Below the pieces are notes generated by a model, which was not told the origin of the DNA, did not search any database, and saw only the letters and a program-made list of their open reading frames with translations. From contig CAXXHO010000003.1 in assembly GCA_963667725.2 (NCBI GenBank), positions 1,920,001-1,984,000 of the forward strand: a stretch of DNA of 64,000 nt, given 5' to 3'. Of the stretch, positions 28,880-37,625 are shown one piece after another. The stretch's first letter is position 1, and the number at the start of each line of letters is the position of its first letter. A program made the translations under genes and the position numbers. This DNA is from Treponemataceae bacterium (GTDB lineage Bacteria; Spirochaetota; Spirochaetia; Treponematales; Rectinemataceae).

Positions 28880-30127
28880 ATGAAGGAATCAACATCGCAC
28901 AAATCGTCCGTCATTGACGCAAAGACGAATCTCATCCCCCGCACACAGGAAAGAGAACTGCGCCGCAAAGTGGAAGAACGCCCCTGTATCCTTGTCACCG
29001 GAGCTCGCCAGACGGGAAAAACGACCCTTCTTCGGTCTTCATTCCCCGGTATTGAATATGTTTCATTCGACAGCATACTCCAGGCAGCCTCGGCATCCGA
29101 ATCCCCAGAAGCTTTTTTGCAGCGGTTTACCAAGTCGGTAATATTCGATGAAATCCAATATGCCTCCCCTCTTTTCCGCGCGCTTAAAGCCAGTATCGAT
29201 GCCGATAGGGACATGAAAGGCCAATACTTGCTCACGGGAAGCCAAACATTCGAGCTTATGAAGGGAGTGTCCGACAGTCTGGCCGGAAGAATCGGCATCA
29301 TGAGGCTGGAAACACTCTCGGCGCGTGAAATTGCCGATTCGGGCCGCTTCGACCGCGAGGCTCTGCTCCAGACACCTTTCCGCGGCGGATATCCCGAGCT
29401 ATGGCGAAGCCCCGACATCGATGCCGGTTCCTGGTTCGAAGATTATATACGTACCTATATCGAGCGCGATCTCAAGGAACTTGTGCAGGTCAGGGATCTT
29501 GTCGAATTCCGCCGATTTCTATCCGCCGCGGCTAATCGAGCAGGGCAACTCGTCAACTTCACGGATCTAGGCAGATCCTGCGGGGTTAGTCCGAATACGG
29601 CAAAAGCCTGGACAGCCGCGTTGGAGACATCAGGTATCATGTACGTCTTGCCGCCATGGTTCACGAATGCGGAAACTCGCCTCATCAAGTCGCCCAAACT
29701 ATATTTCGCCGATACAGGACTTCTCTGTGCCCTCTTGAATATCGAACATGCCGAAGATTTTGAAAAATCTTCTTCATCCGGAGCCATATGGGAAAACTTC
29801 GTATTCATAGAGTTGGTTAAAACTGGAGGCTGGATACCGGGACGAACGCTTTTTTTCTATAGGGACCACAGTGGCAATGAAGTGGATTTTGTTGGGTTTT
29901 CCGTCAATAGGCGAATTCTTGTTGAGGCCAAGTTTTCGCAACGAATCAGGCCTGAACTGCTTGGCTTTTCAGCGATAAGTCTTTCGGGAGTCGATGGCGC
30001 CAGCTTCGAGGAGGCCAAGAAAAACAAACCGGCTTGTTTTGTCGCCGCCCCGACAGCCGAGGCCGCGTTCCTGTCGATGAAAGACTTCACTCTTTACGAC
30101 CCCCGAATGGGATTGGTTCCCAATTAA
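28880..30127 (+). CDS. AAA+ ATPase (AAA_14) with DUF4143 and PD-(D/E)xK-like C-terminus
   Basis: GARQTGKT, FDEIQ, LTGS, LAGR, GGYP, KSPKLYFADTG, EVDF...VEAK. Confidence 0.88.
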   Translation: MKESTSHKSSVIDAKTNLIPRTQERELRRKVEERPCILVTGARQTGKTTLLRSSFPGIEYVSFDSILQAASASESPEAFLQRFTKSVIFDEIQYASPLFRALKASIDADRDMKGQYLLTGSQTFELMKGVSDSLAGRIGIMRLETLSAREIADSGRFDREALLQTPFRGGYPELWRSPDIDAGSWFEDYIRTYIERDLKELVQVRDLVEFRRFLSAAANRAGQLVNFTDLGRSCGVSPNTAKAWTAALETSGIMYVLPPWFTNAETRLIKSPKLYFADTGLLCALLNIEHAEDFEKSSSSGAIWENFVFIELVKTGGWIPGRTLFFYRDHSGNEVDFVGFSVNRRILVEAKFSQRIRPELLGFSAISLSGVDGASFEEAKKNKPACFVAAPTAEAAFLSMKDFTLYDPRMGLVPN

Positions 30128-30213
30128 TGGACAGCGATATCCTCTCGAGAAAACTTTAATTTATCGCGTTTTATCCGCCTGCCGATATTCACTGCAGGAA
30201 TAAAAAAATATGG

Positions 30214-30405
30214 GGCATCACTGTCTCCGCTATCGCTTCCAGATTCGAAATCTGCATAAGGCAAGCCAAGCGAGACATCGAATATATGAGAGACCAGCTG
30301 GACGCGCCCATCGTCTGGGCGGCAGACCACCGCCGGTACGAATATACTTCTTCCTGGGATAGCCTGCGATCTGCCGACGAAAAATCCTTTCTCGCCTTGC
30401 TATAA
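30214..30405 (+). pseudogene. N-terminal HTH remnant of a WYL-domain regulator
   Basis: Manual translation GITVSAIASRFEICIRQAKRDIEYMRDQLDAPIVW...RRYEY...L*. There is no start codon upstream of the HTH (in-frame stop at 30157) and no WYL domain follows. Confidence 0.75.
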
Positions 30406-30503
30406 AAGTTTTCTCCACACCTGATACGACCAAAGCGGCAAAGGATTTTTCTGATTACAGGGTCGCCCTCGATAGCGTCGAATTGAAAGAGTTAAATCCA
30501 TAG
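30399..30503 (+). pseudogene. Probable C-terminal remnant of type I-C cas7 (csd2)
   Basis: AIKVFSTPDTTKAAKDFSDYRVALDSVELKELNP* resembles the Cas7c C-terminus pattern (V/I)KV...PARSFxDYxV...GVExKE. Confidence 0.6.
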
Positions 30504-30526
30504 TACCTGTAGTGTAAAGAAACCCC

Positions 30527-30587
30527 TTGACCGCCAATATAGTTGGCGTTTATCATGACAAACGCCAACTATATTGGCATTTATCAT
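30527..30587 (+). promoter_or_regulatory. Promoter inside a 46-bp near-perfect palindrome (tandem operators)
   Basis: TTGACC-N18-TATCAT; GCCAATATAGTTGGCGTTT-ATCATGAC-AAACGCCAACTATATTGGC at 30533-30578. Confidence 0.75.
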
Positions 30588-30609
30588 AACCGTTTGAATG
30601 GAGGGCGAT

Positions 30610-31785
30610 ATGAGCAACGGCTATCGGAAGAGGGCCTTGGACCTGAGCTCAACACTTGCCCAAAGATCGGCATTCTTTTTCGGTCCTCGCCAGACGGGAA
30701 AGTCATCCTATGTCCGAGAGCAGCTCGGCTCGCTGCCCGCGGCAAGCTTCAATCTTTTGGATGCTGGCTTGCGCTTGCGGCTCTTGGCTGATCCGACGCT
30801 CATGCGTCAGGAGATAGAGGCGCGACAGCTTCGGGATTGCGTCGTATTCATCGACGAGATCCAGAAGTGTCCGGAACTTCTCGACGAAGTACAGCTTCTG
30901 ATCGAGGAGAGAGGCATACGTTTTCTCCTTTCGGGCTCGAGCGCGCGAAAACTGAAACGGGCGGGTACGAACTTACTAGGCGGGCGGGCGCGGACGAAAC
31001 ACCTCCACCCCTTCGTCTACCCCGAGGTGTCAGGAGACGAGGATCTTCTCGACAGGGTCATGGCGCGGGGTTTGTTGCCTCCCCATTACCTGTCGGAGGC
31101 ACCGGATGAGGACCTGCGATCGTACGTGGACACTTATCTGTCGGAGGAAATCGCGGCGGAGGGGCAAGCGCGGAACTTGCCAGCCTTTGCCCGTTTTCTG
31201 CAAACCGCGGCGACACTCAACGCGAAGATGATCAACTACACGAACGTCGCAAACGACGCTCAAGTTCCGCGGCAGACAGTCCGTCTTTGGTTCCAGATCC
31301 TCGTCGATACGATGCTGGGCTACGAACTCCCGTCATATACATCCACGGTGAAACGAAAATCGGTGAAGACCGCGAAGTTCTATTTCTTCGATACGGGGAT
31401 CGTGCGGACGCTGCGAAGGCTCCCCTCCATCCTTCCCGAAAGCGCCGACTTCGGGGAGTTCTTTGAACAGTACATCTTCATGGAGCTGCGGGCTTGGATC
31501 GATTATCGGAAGCCAGAGGAGCGACTCACTTATTGGCGCTCGCTTTCAGGGTACGAAGTCGACTTTCTTCTAGGCGAGGCGGTGGCGATAGAAGTAAAGT
31601 CTACGACCCTCGCCCAGGAGAAACATCTTTCGGGTCTTCGGGCTCTACGAGACGAGGGCAAATTCAAACGCTTCATCCTCGTGTGCAGAGATGAGCGCCC
31701 CCGGAAGCGCGACGGCATCGAGATACTGCCCTGGCGGGAATTTCTTGGCCGGCTCTGGGCAAACGAGTTTTCCCAAAGAGGATAA
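30610..31785 (+). CDS. AAA+ ATPase (AAA_14) with DUF4143 and PD-(D/E)xK-like C-terminus
   Basis: GPRQTGKS, IDEIQK, SGSSARKL, LLGGRA, KFYFFDTG, YWR..EVDF..IEVK; RBS GGAGG. Confidence 0.88.
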   Translation: MSNGYRKRALDLSSTLAQRSAFFFGPRQTGKSSYVREQLGSLPAASFNLLDAGLRLRLLADPTLMRQEIEARQLRDCVVFIDEIQKCPELLDEVQLLIEERGIRFLLSGSSARKLKRAGTNLLGGRARTKHLHPFVYPEVSGDEDLLDRVMARGLLPPHYLSEAPDEDLRSYVDTYLSEEIAAEGQARNLPAFARFLQTAATLNAKMINYTNVANDAQVPRQTVRLWFQILVDTMLGYELPSYTSTVKRKSVKTAKFYFFDTGIVRTLRRLPSILPESADFGEFFEQYIFMELRAWIDYRKPEERLTYWRSLSGYEVDFLLGEAVAIEVKSTTLAQEKHLSGLRALRDEGKFKRFILVCRDERPRKRDGIEILPWREFLGRLWANEFSQRG

Positions 31786-31787
31786 CC

Positions 31788-31832
31788 TTGTGCAACGAAT
31801 ACGACCTTATTCCGATCTCCGCGCTCCAGCAA
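31788..31832 (+). pseudogene. Probable N-terminal remnant of type I-C cas4
   Basis: AGAGGA RBS, then TTG-CNEYDLIPISALQQ, resembling the Cas4(I-C) start M..EDDLIPISALQH. The following Cys motif and nuclease domain are absent. Confidence 0.6.
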
Positions 31833-31879
31833 GTTCACTTCTACGACCGACGCCATCGCCGAGTGCTGTCAGTTCAAGA

Positions 31880-32332
31880 TCAACTCTTCTTTATCGGAAA
31901 GTAGATCACCGTCTCTAGCTTATCGGGAGGCGTGTCCTCGGGGGAATTGAGATATTCCTCGAACATGAAGGTTTCCATCTGGGCGCCTTTTTCCTTTACG
32001 AAAGCCGTCAGGGCATTGTAGGTTTCCTCGAGAGTCGCGTACGGCCCCGTATGCTTGGCCGTCGCGAAAGAACCTCCATGCAAAACGCTCGCCGCGACCC
32101 TGCCCTCGCCGGCCGCGGCCTTGGCCAAGGGGAAGCCGACCTCCACGTCCAGGTCATTCATGTCCATGTTGTAGTAAATGACGAAAGGCGCTCCCGCGAA
32201 GGGAATGCCGCTTTTCCCCATGTACGCGGCGATCTCCCCGTACATCGCGCCCATCGTGTCCGGCAGCGCCGACACCGGCGTCCGGTAGCGGATGGAAAGC
32301 GTGGGTGTTTCCTTCCTTTCAATGATCTGCAT
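31880..32332 (-). CDS. GyrI-like small-molecule-binding protein
   Basis: GAPF.IYY, DVEVGFP, HTGPY..LEETY, EEYLNSP..LETVIYFP. Confidence 0.9.
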   Translation of the reverse strand: MQIIERKETPTLSIRYRTPVSALPDTMGAMYGEIAAYMGKSGIPFAGAPFVIYYNMDMNDLDVEVGFPLAKAAAGEGRVAASVLHGGSFATAKHTGPYATLEETYNALTAFVKEKGAQMETFMFEEYLNSPEDTPPDKLETVIYFPIKKS

Positions 32333-32379
32333 GCCAACCTCCATAATCTAATGATGGTTCGATGATGGCATGGGGTATA

Positions 32380-32395
32380 TGACATCTGTATGTCG
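32380..32395 (-). promoter_or_regulatory. Candidate WYL-activator binding palindrome upstream of the gyrI-like gene
   Basis: TGACA-N6-TGTCG; no canonical -35 element seen. Confidence 0.5.
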
Positions 32396-32408
32396 GGGAT
32401 AAAATCGA

Positions 32409-33344
32409 TTATTCGTACATTCGCGAAATTTCTCCGGCCATGGTCTTGATTATGTCTCGCAGGTGGGGAGGTTCGAGCACTTCAACATAGGCGCCGTAGC
32501 TGAGGATGTAGCCGTACATCCACCCGTCCTCAGGCATACGCGTCCTGACGATGAGCCCGCCGTCCTCGGTTCGTTCCATATCTTCCTTATTGTAGAACTC
32601 TTCCACCAAGGGAACCATCTTTTCCGAGAATTTCAAGGTCAATTCCAAGACATTCCCCGTCTTCTCCGGAGCGTTGTCGCGGGAAAAATCCTCAAAGCTG
32701 TGACTCCGCCGCCGGAACCGCTCGCCCAGAATTTCCGGCTCCCGAATCCGCGATATCCGGAACAGTCGATACCCTTCCCGCAGGCGGCAGTAGGCGTAGA
32801 GATACCAGGCGCGCCACTGGAACACGATCGTCATCGGTTCCACGATCCGCGATTCGCGTTCCAGCCGGTTGTTGGTATAGTCCATCTTGAGAAGCCGTCC
32901 CGAGTTCACCGCGGCCTGGACGGTCTTGAATGCCTGCCGCTGGTCAGGTCCTCCGCCGAGCATGCTGAAATCGATGTGGAGCTTTTCTTCCCGATCCTTG
33001 AAATCCCCATCCTCGGCCGTCGGCACGAGGCCGCGCATCTTCTCCAGGGTATCGTCGATCCGCCTGTCGTCCAGCGAGTCGCCGATGCCGCGCAGGGCGG
33101 TGATGATGAAGAAGAGGTCGTCCACGGTCACCAAGCGCCGGTCCATCTTATAACCTTCCATGATGCCGTAGCCACCCGACGGCCCCTGGACGCTGATCAC
33201 CGGTATGCCCGCGAGGTTTATGGCTTCCATGTCCCGCTGGATGGTCCTGACCGAAACGCCGAAGCGCTCGGCCAGTTTGCCGGCGCTCGCCAGATCACGG
33301 TTGAGAAGGTAGACGACGATGGACAGGAGCCGGTCAATTTTCAT
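32409..33344 (-). CDS. YafY-family HTH-WYL-WCX transcriptional regulator
   Basis: MKIDRLLSI, LAERFGVSVRTIQRD, GGYGI, RIVEP, WYLYAYC, FRISRI, VEVLEP. Confidence 0.93.
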   Translation of the reverse strand: MKIDRLLSIVVYLLNRDLASAGKLAERFGVSVRTIQRDMEAINLAGIPVISVQGPSGGYGIMEGYKMDRRLVTVDDLFFIITALRGIGDSLDDRRIDDTLEKMRGLVPTAEDGDFKDREEKLHIDFSMLGGGPDQRQAFKTVQAAVNSGRLLKMDYTNNRLERESRIVEPMTIVFQWRAWYLYAYCRLREGYRLFRISRIREPEILGERFRRRSHSFEDFSRDNAPEKTGNVLELTLKFSEKMVPLVEEFYNKEDMERTEDGGLIVRTRMPEDGWMYGYILSYGAYVEVLEPPHLRDIIKTMAGEISRMYE

Positions 33345-33412
33345 GATGATTGGCTTGAAGCATGGTTCGCGCGGCTTCCCCTTGTCAAGGTAAACCGCCG
33401 ACAGGTGTGGGC

Positions 33413-33455
33413 ATTCTTTGCAATTTGTCAATGCCACTGACATTTTGCAAAGAAT
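33413..33455. repeat. Inverted repeat, 16/18 match with 7-bp spacer
   Basis: ATTCTTTGCAATTTGTCA-ATGCCAC-TGACATTTTGCAAAGAAT. Confidence 0.7.
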
Positions 33456-33465
33456 CTTAAATATT

Positions 33466-33565
33466 TGTTACAATTCTTCTATATCTAGTTGTTTTTTGTA
33501 ACATTGTGACTTGACACTTTTCCAAACAGTTACATATACTCAATACATAGTTGATTTCAGTAACA
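33466..33565 (+). promoter_or_regulatory. Promoter flanked by two GTTAC-N26-GTAAC operators
   Basis: GTWACA motifs start at 33467, 33498, 33529 and 33560 (31-bp period); TTGACA(33511)-N18-TATACT(33535). Confidence 0.7.
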
Positions 33566-33578
33566 AGAGGAGTGCGTC

Positions 33579-33821
33579 ATGCCCAAGTTTACCTTCAATC
33601 TCGGCAGTTTTATCGTGAATGTGGCGATCGGATGGTTTCTCATGTCCTTCATGCAGGCGGCGGTGAGCGCTTTACGCGCGGGGGCGCGAAACGATATCAT
33701 TCCACGCTTCAAGACTATCGCCTTTTTCCACGATAGGCCTGCCGCGATACTCAATATCGCCATCATGGCGGGGATCTGGATCGTTACGACGACGCTGTAT
33801 TTCACCCTGAAGCGAAGGTAG
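33579..33821 (+). CDS. Small membrane protein (80 aa, two TM segments)
   Basis: Strong promoter, GAGGAG RBS, two hydrophobic stretches, KRR tail. Confidence 0.7.
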   Translation: MPKFTFNLGSFIVNVAIGWFLMSFMQAAVSALRAGARNDIIPRFKTIAFFHDRPAAILNIAIMAGIWIVTTTLYFTLKRR

Positions 33822-33830
33822 GGCCACCCG

Positions 33831-34655
33831 ATGGCGAATACGCCCGCATTCATGACAGCCTTTCCCCTCACCGCGAGGGCGGCGGTACACACCCCGCTCG
33901 TCTTCCGCGCGGGGCTCTACGCAGCGGACGGCCTGCCCTTGCCCTCGCTCGAGGGCATACGAGACTTCGCCCATTTCGCGGGGATAGAGGATGGGGCCAT
34001 CCGCACAGCCCTTTCGCGGGGCAAGCGCGACGGATCGCTTGTCGTGGAAGCCGATCCCGCCGGCCGCAATCGGTATTCTCTCGCGCCCGCGACCTTCGCC
34101 ATGGGAACAGCCCAGATCCGCGCGGATCAGAGGCCTGAAGGGTTTCTGCTCGCGGTTTTCTCGTTTACGACGCCGGAACAGGAGGAGCGCGCCTCGCTGC
34201 GCGCGCTGCTTAAATCCTTCGGCTTCCATAAGCTGGCGCAGAACACCTATATCCATGGCAGGATCGAAACCGAAGGGCTCAAGACCGCCATTCGCGAGCT
34301 CGGGCTCGAGAATAATTTTTTCCTTTTCACCTGTCCTGATATCGATGACGAAAACCTAGTCGCCCGCGTGCTTTCGCTCTTCGATCTGGAGTCGCGACGG
34401 AAGAAGCTGAGCGAATATCTTTGCCTCCTGGAGGATTTCCTTCACCAGGATCTATCGGGCGACGAATTCGCCCGAAGGCTTCTCTACGTCGGCGCGGTGC
34501 ATTGGGAGCATGTCGAGGCGAGCGAGCCGCCCATTCCCGTAAAGTATCTTCCGGCCGACTATGCCTTCAAGGAGATCCAGGCCTTCTACGGCCTTAAGCT
34601 CGAGGAAGGGCGCGCCGCGATGCTTGGATACTTCCGGAGAGTATTCGGCGGGTAA
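33831..34655 (+). CDS. Divergent PaaX-like transcriptional regulator
   Basis: GIEDGAIRTALSR wHTH, RYSL, central LAVFSF..E.R..LR..L..GF..LAQNTYI block, C-terminal P.P..YLPAD. Confidence 0.6.
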   Translation: MANTPAFMTAFPLTARAAVHTPLVFRAGLYAADGLPLPSLEGIRDFAHFAGIEDGAIRTALSRGKRDGSLVVEADPAGRNRYSLAPATFAMGTAQIRADQRPEGFLLAVFSFTTPEQEERASLRALLKSFGFHKLAQNTYIHGRIETEGLKTAIRELGLENNFFLFTCPDIDDENLVARVLSLFDLESRRKKLSEYLCLLEDFLHQDLSGDEFARRLLYVGAVHWEHVEASEPPIPVKYLPADYAFKEIQAFYGLKLEEGRAAMLGYFRRVFGG

Positions 34656-34733
34656 AACCCCCCGACGATAGTCGATACGGGAAATGCTTTCCCATATTGC
34701 CCACGAGGCCCCGCGCGTATACAATATCGCATC

Positions 34734-36536
34734 ATGGAATACCAGAAACGCACGGTCACCTGCGGCGATCTTGGCGCCGTCGACATCGGCAAAACTGTTG
34801 TGCTGAACGGATGGGTCCATCGCAAACGCGATCACGGTGGGATTTCCTTCATAAACCTTCGCGACCGATACGGGATAACCCAGGTCGTCGTCGACGATGA
34901 CGCCCCGGCCGACCTCCTCGCGGTGGCGGCCGAACTCAAGAGCGAATACTGCGTCGCCATCCGCGGCACGGTGCGTGGCAGACCCGAGCCCATGGTGAAT
35001 CCGGACATGACCACCGGCGCGATCGAAGTCAAGGCCGACGCCATCACCATACTTTCCAAATGCGCCACCCTTCCCTTCCAGATCGACGAGAAGAGCGACG
35101 CCAAGGAAGACACGCGCCTCACCTACCGCTACCTCGACCTGCGCTCCTTTTCCATGCAGAAAAAACTGAAGCTGAGGCACGAGACCGCCTTCGCCGTCCG
35201 CGAATATCTGGTCGGCCAGGGTTTCTACGAGATCGAGACGCCTACCTTCATCCGCTCGACCCCCGAGGGCGCGCGCGATTACCTCGTCCCCTCGCGTCTC
35301 TATCCCGGCAAATTCTACGCCCTGCCCCAGTCGCCCCAGCTCTACAAGCAGATCCTCATGGTGTCGGGCTTCGATAAATACTTCCAGCTCGCCCGCTGCT
35401 ACCGCGACGAGGACGCCCGCGGCGACCGCCAGCCCGAGTTCACCCAGATCGACATCGAGATGTCCTTCGTCAAGCGCGACGATATTCTCGCCATGTGCGA
35501 AGGCCTCATGGGCTATGTCTTCAAAAAGACGCTCAACGTCGAGCTGCCCGCGCAGTTCGTGCGCATCGCCTACGACGATTCCATCGACCGCTTCGGCTCG
35601 GACAAGCCTGACCTCCGCTTCGGCATGGAGATGCAGGATTTCGCCCCCTACGTCGAAGCCTGTACATTCCAGGCCTTCAAGGAAGCCCTCGCGGCCGGCG
35701 GCAAGGTTAAAGCCCTCGTCGTGCCCGGCAAGGCCGACTACTCGCGCAAGCAGATAGAGGAACTGGAAGCCCAGGCCAAGATCTACAAGGCAAAGGGCAT
35801 GGCGTGGATGAAAGTCGCGCCAGCGTCGCAGGGCACTGGAGTCGTCCTCGAAGGTGGAGCCTCGAAATTCTTCGCCGCCAACGCCTCCGCCGTGGTGGAA
35901 GGCCTGGGCGCCAAGCCCGGCGATCTCATCCTCCTCGTGGCCGACGCCAAAGCCAAGGTGGCTTGCGTATCCCTGGGCGCCGTGCGCTCCAAACTGGGCC
36001 GCGACCTCGGACTCCTCGATCCTTCTGTCTTCAAGTTCGCCTGGATCGTCGACTTCCCTATGTTCGAATGGAACGAGGAAGAGAACAAGTGGGACACCGC
36101 CCACCATATGTTCACGATGCCTCAGGAACGGTACCACGCCACCCTCGAATCCGATCCAGGCGCCGTCAAGGGCGATCTCTACGACCTCGTCCTCAACGGT
36201 TTCGAAATCGCCTCTGGCTCCATCCGAATCCACGATCCAGACCTGCAGAACCGCATTTTCAAGATCGTCGGATTTTCCGCTGAGGAAGCGCAGAAAAAGT
36301 TCGGATTCCTCGTCGATGCCTTCAAGTACGGCCCCCCTCCCCACGGCGGCATAGCCCCCGGCTTCGACAGGCTCGTCATGCTGATGGCCGGCGAAACATC
36401 CATAAAGGAAGTGATCGCCTTCCCGAAGAACACCTTCGCCGTCAGTCCGATGGACCAGTGCCCGAACGAAGTGGACGAAAAACAGCTCAAGGAGATCCAC
36501 ATCCGCATCGTCCCCAAAGAAGAAAAGCAGGTTTGA
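34734..36536 (+). CDS. aspS: Aspartate-tRNA ligase
   Basis: RDHGG, STPEGARDY, LPQSPQLYKQ, RQPEFTQ, GAD domain, GPPPHGG. Confidence 0.97.
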   Translation: MEYQKRTVTCGDLGAVDIGKTVVLNGWVHRKRDHGGISFINLRDRYGITQVVVDDDAPADLLAVAAELKSEYCVAIRGTVRGRPEPMVNPDMTTGAIEVKADAITILSKCATLPFQIDEKSDAKEDTRLTYRYLDLRSFSMQKKLKLRHETAFAVREYLVGQGFYEIETPTFIRSTPEGARDYLVPSRLYPGKFYALPQSPQLYKQILMVSGFDKYFQLARCYRDEDARGDRQPEFTQIDIEMSFVKRDDILAMCEGLMGYVFKKTLNVELPAQFVRIAYDDSIDRFGSDKPDLRFGMEMQDFAPYVEACTFQAFKEALAAGGKVKALVVPGKADYSRKQIEELEAQAKIYKAKGMAWMKVAPASQGTGVVLEGGASKFFAANASAVVEGLGAKPGDLILLVADAKAKVACVSLGAVRSKLGRDLGLLDPSVFKFAWIVDFPMFEWNEEENKWDTAHHMFTMPQERYHATLESDPGAVKGDLYDLVLNGFEIASGSIRIHDPDLQNRIFKIVGFSAEEAQKKFGFLVDAFKYGPPPHGGIAPGFDRLVMLMAGETSIKEVIAFPKNTFAVSPMDQCPNEVDEKQLKEIHIRIVPKEEKQV

Positions 36537-36553
36537 CCCCGAGCCTGTAAACT

Positions 36554-36600
36554 AAAAATACCGCAGAAAATAGATACACTATTTTCTGCGGTATTTTTTT
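36554..36600 (+). terminator. Terminator after aspS
   Basis: Perfect 20-bp stem AAAAATACCGCAGAAAATAG/CTATTTTCTGCGGTATTTTT plus T run. Confidence 0.8.
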
Positions 36601-36662
36601 GACCTTTTGTCAAAAAAAAGAGTGAATCGGTTTTTATATATACTATTTACACTATAAACATC

Positions 36663-36690
36663 TTGCAAATTTAATGGATAATGCTATAAT
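36663..36690 (+). promoter_or_regulatory. Extended -10 promoter of the cytochrome operon
   Basis: TTGCAA-N16-TATAAT with TGn immediately before the -10. Confidence 0.6.
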
Positions 36691-36755
36691 TTCCCCATCC
36701 GTCGAACGCATCAGCGCTCAGATCATCAATTTAGCTTTTTAACCTGGAGGGTGAA

Positions 36756-37574
36756 ATGTCCGATTCCGAAAAGACACTCGACAAAGAAGTTTCCCGCCGA
36801 AGCTTTCTGAAAACCGTTGGATCCGGCATCGGGCTTGCGGCCGGAGCCCTCGTGCTCGGCACCGGCAAACTCGGCGCCCAGACCCCCGCACCGGCCGGAG
36901 CCGTGGCGGAAAGTCCATTCCCCTATGCCGAACTTGATTCCGCGGAAGCCTTTCTCAGGGGCCACGCCGGATACTATAAAGCAGGCTGCGCCTATGGCGG
37001 TTTTTACGCCGTTCTCTCTCTGCTGAGGGATAAAGTGGGCGGTCCCTACAACCAGGTTCCCCTTCGCATGCTTCGTTACGGCGGCGCGGGCATCGCCGGC
37101 TGGGGCACGATCTGCGGAGCGCTCAATGGCGCCTGCGCCGCGATCGCCCTCACCGTTCCCGACGCTGATATCGCCAAGGTCTGCGGAGAACTTCTCGGCT
37201 GGTACACGAAGTACCCCTTCCCCAGCGCCAAATCAAACGCCCTGGCCGCTTCCGGCGGCTTCAAGTATTCCCCGGCCACCCATCCCAAGATGAGCCTCGT
37301 GACCTCGGTTTCCAATTCCCCCCTCTGCCACGCTTCCAATGCCAAGTGGATCGACGAATCGGGCTTTGGACTGTCCACGCCCGAGCGCAAGGAACGCTGC
37401 GCCCGCCTCACCGCCGACGTGGCGGAAAAAGCCGTCGAACTGCTCAACGCCTACAAGGCGGGCAAGTTCGCGCCCACCTTCAAGATCGACGAGGAAACGG
37501 CCAACTGCCTGTCCTGCCATGCCGACGACCAGGAAGGCAAAATGGCTTGCACGACTTGCCACGACCCTCACTGA
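36756..37574 (+). CDS. Tat-exported split-Soret-type diheme cytochrome c (C-GCAxxG-C-C family)
   Basis: SRRSFLK twin-arginine signal; GCAYG, GTICGALNGA, PLCH, ERCARL; CLSCH and CTTCH heme motifs. Confidence 0.82.
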   Translation: MSDSEKTLDKEVSRRSFLKTVGSGIGLAAGALVLGTGKLGAQTPAPAGAVAESPFPYAELDSAEAFLRGHAGYYKAGCAYGGFYAVLSLLRDKVGGPYNQVPLRMLRYGGAGIAGWGTICGALNGACAAIALTVPDADIAKVCGELLGWYTKYPFPSAKSNALAASGGFKYSPATHPKMSLVTSVSNSPLCHASNAKWIDESGFGLSTPERKERCARLTADVAEKAVELLNAYKAGKFAPTFKIDEETANCLSCHADDQEGKMACTTCHDPH

Positions 37575-37625
37575 TCGATAGTATTTGCCGCTAGAGAAGC
37601 CGCCCTTGGGCTGCCTAAAAAAATG

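Noticed and set aside
30127..33580. Search for a surviving CRISPR array near the cas remnants
   Set aside because: No GTCGC...ATTGAAAC-type repeats or repeat-spacer periodicity. The 31/62-bp periodic motifs at 33466-33565 have short cores and overlap a promoter, so they fit operators.
33831..34655. Cas2-like central segment of the PaaX-like protein as another cas remnant
   Set aside because: PaaX proteins normally contain a Cas2-like central domain, and the ORF is intact with a wHTH.
34452..36500. 682-aa ORF antisense to aspS
   Set aside because: Antisense shadow of a highly biased housekeeping gene.
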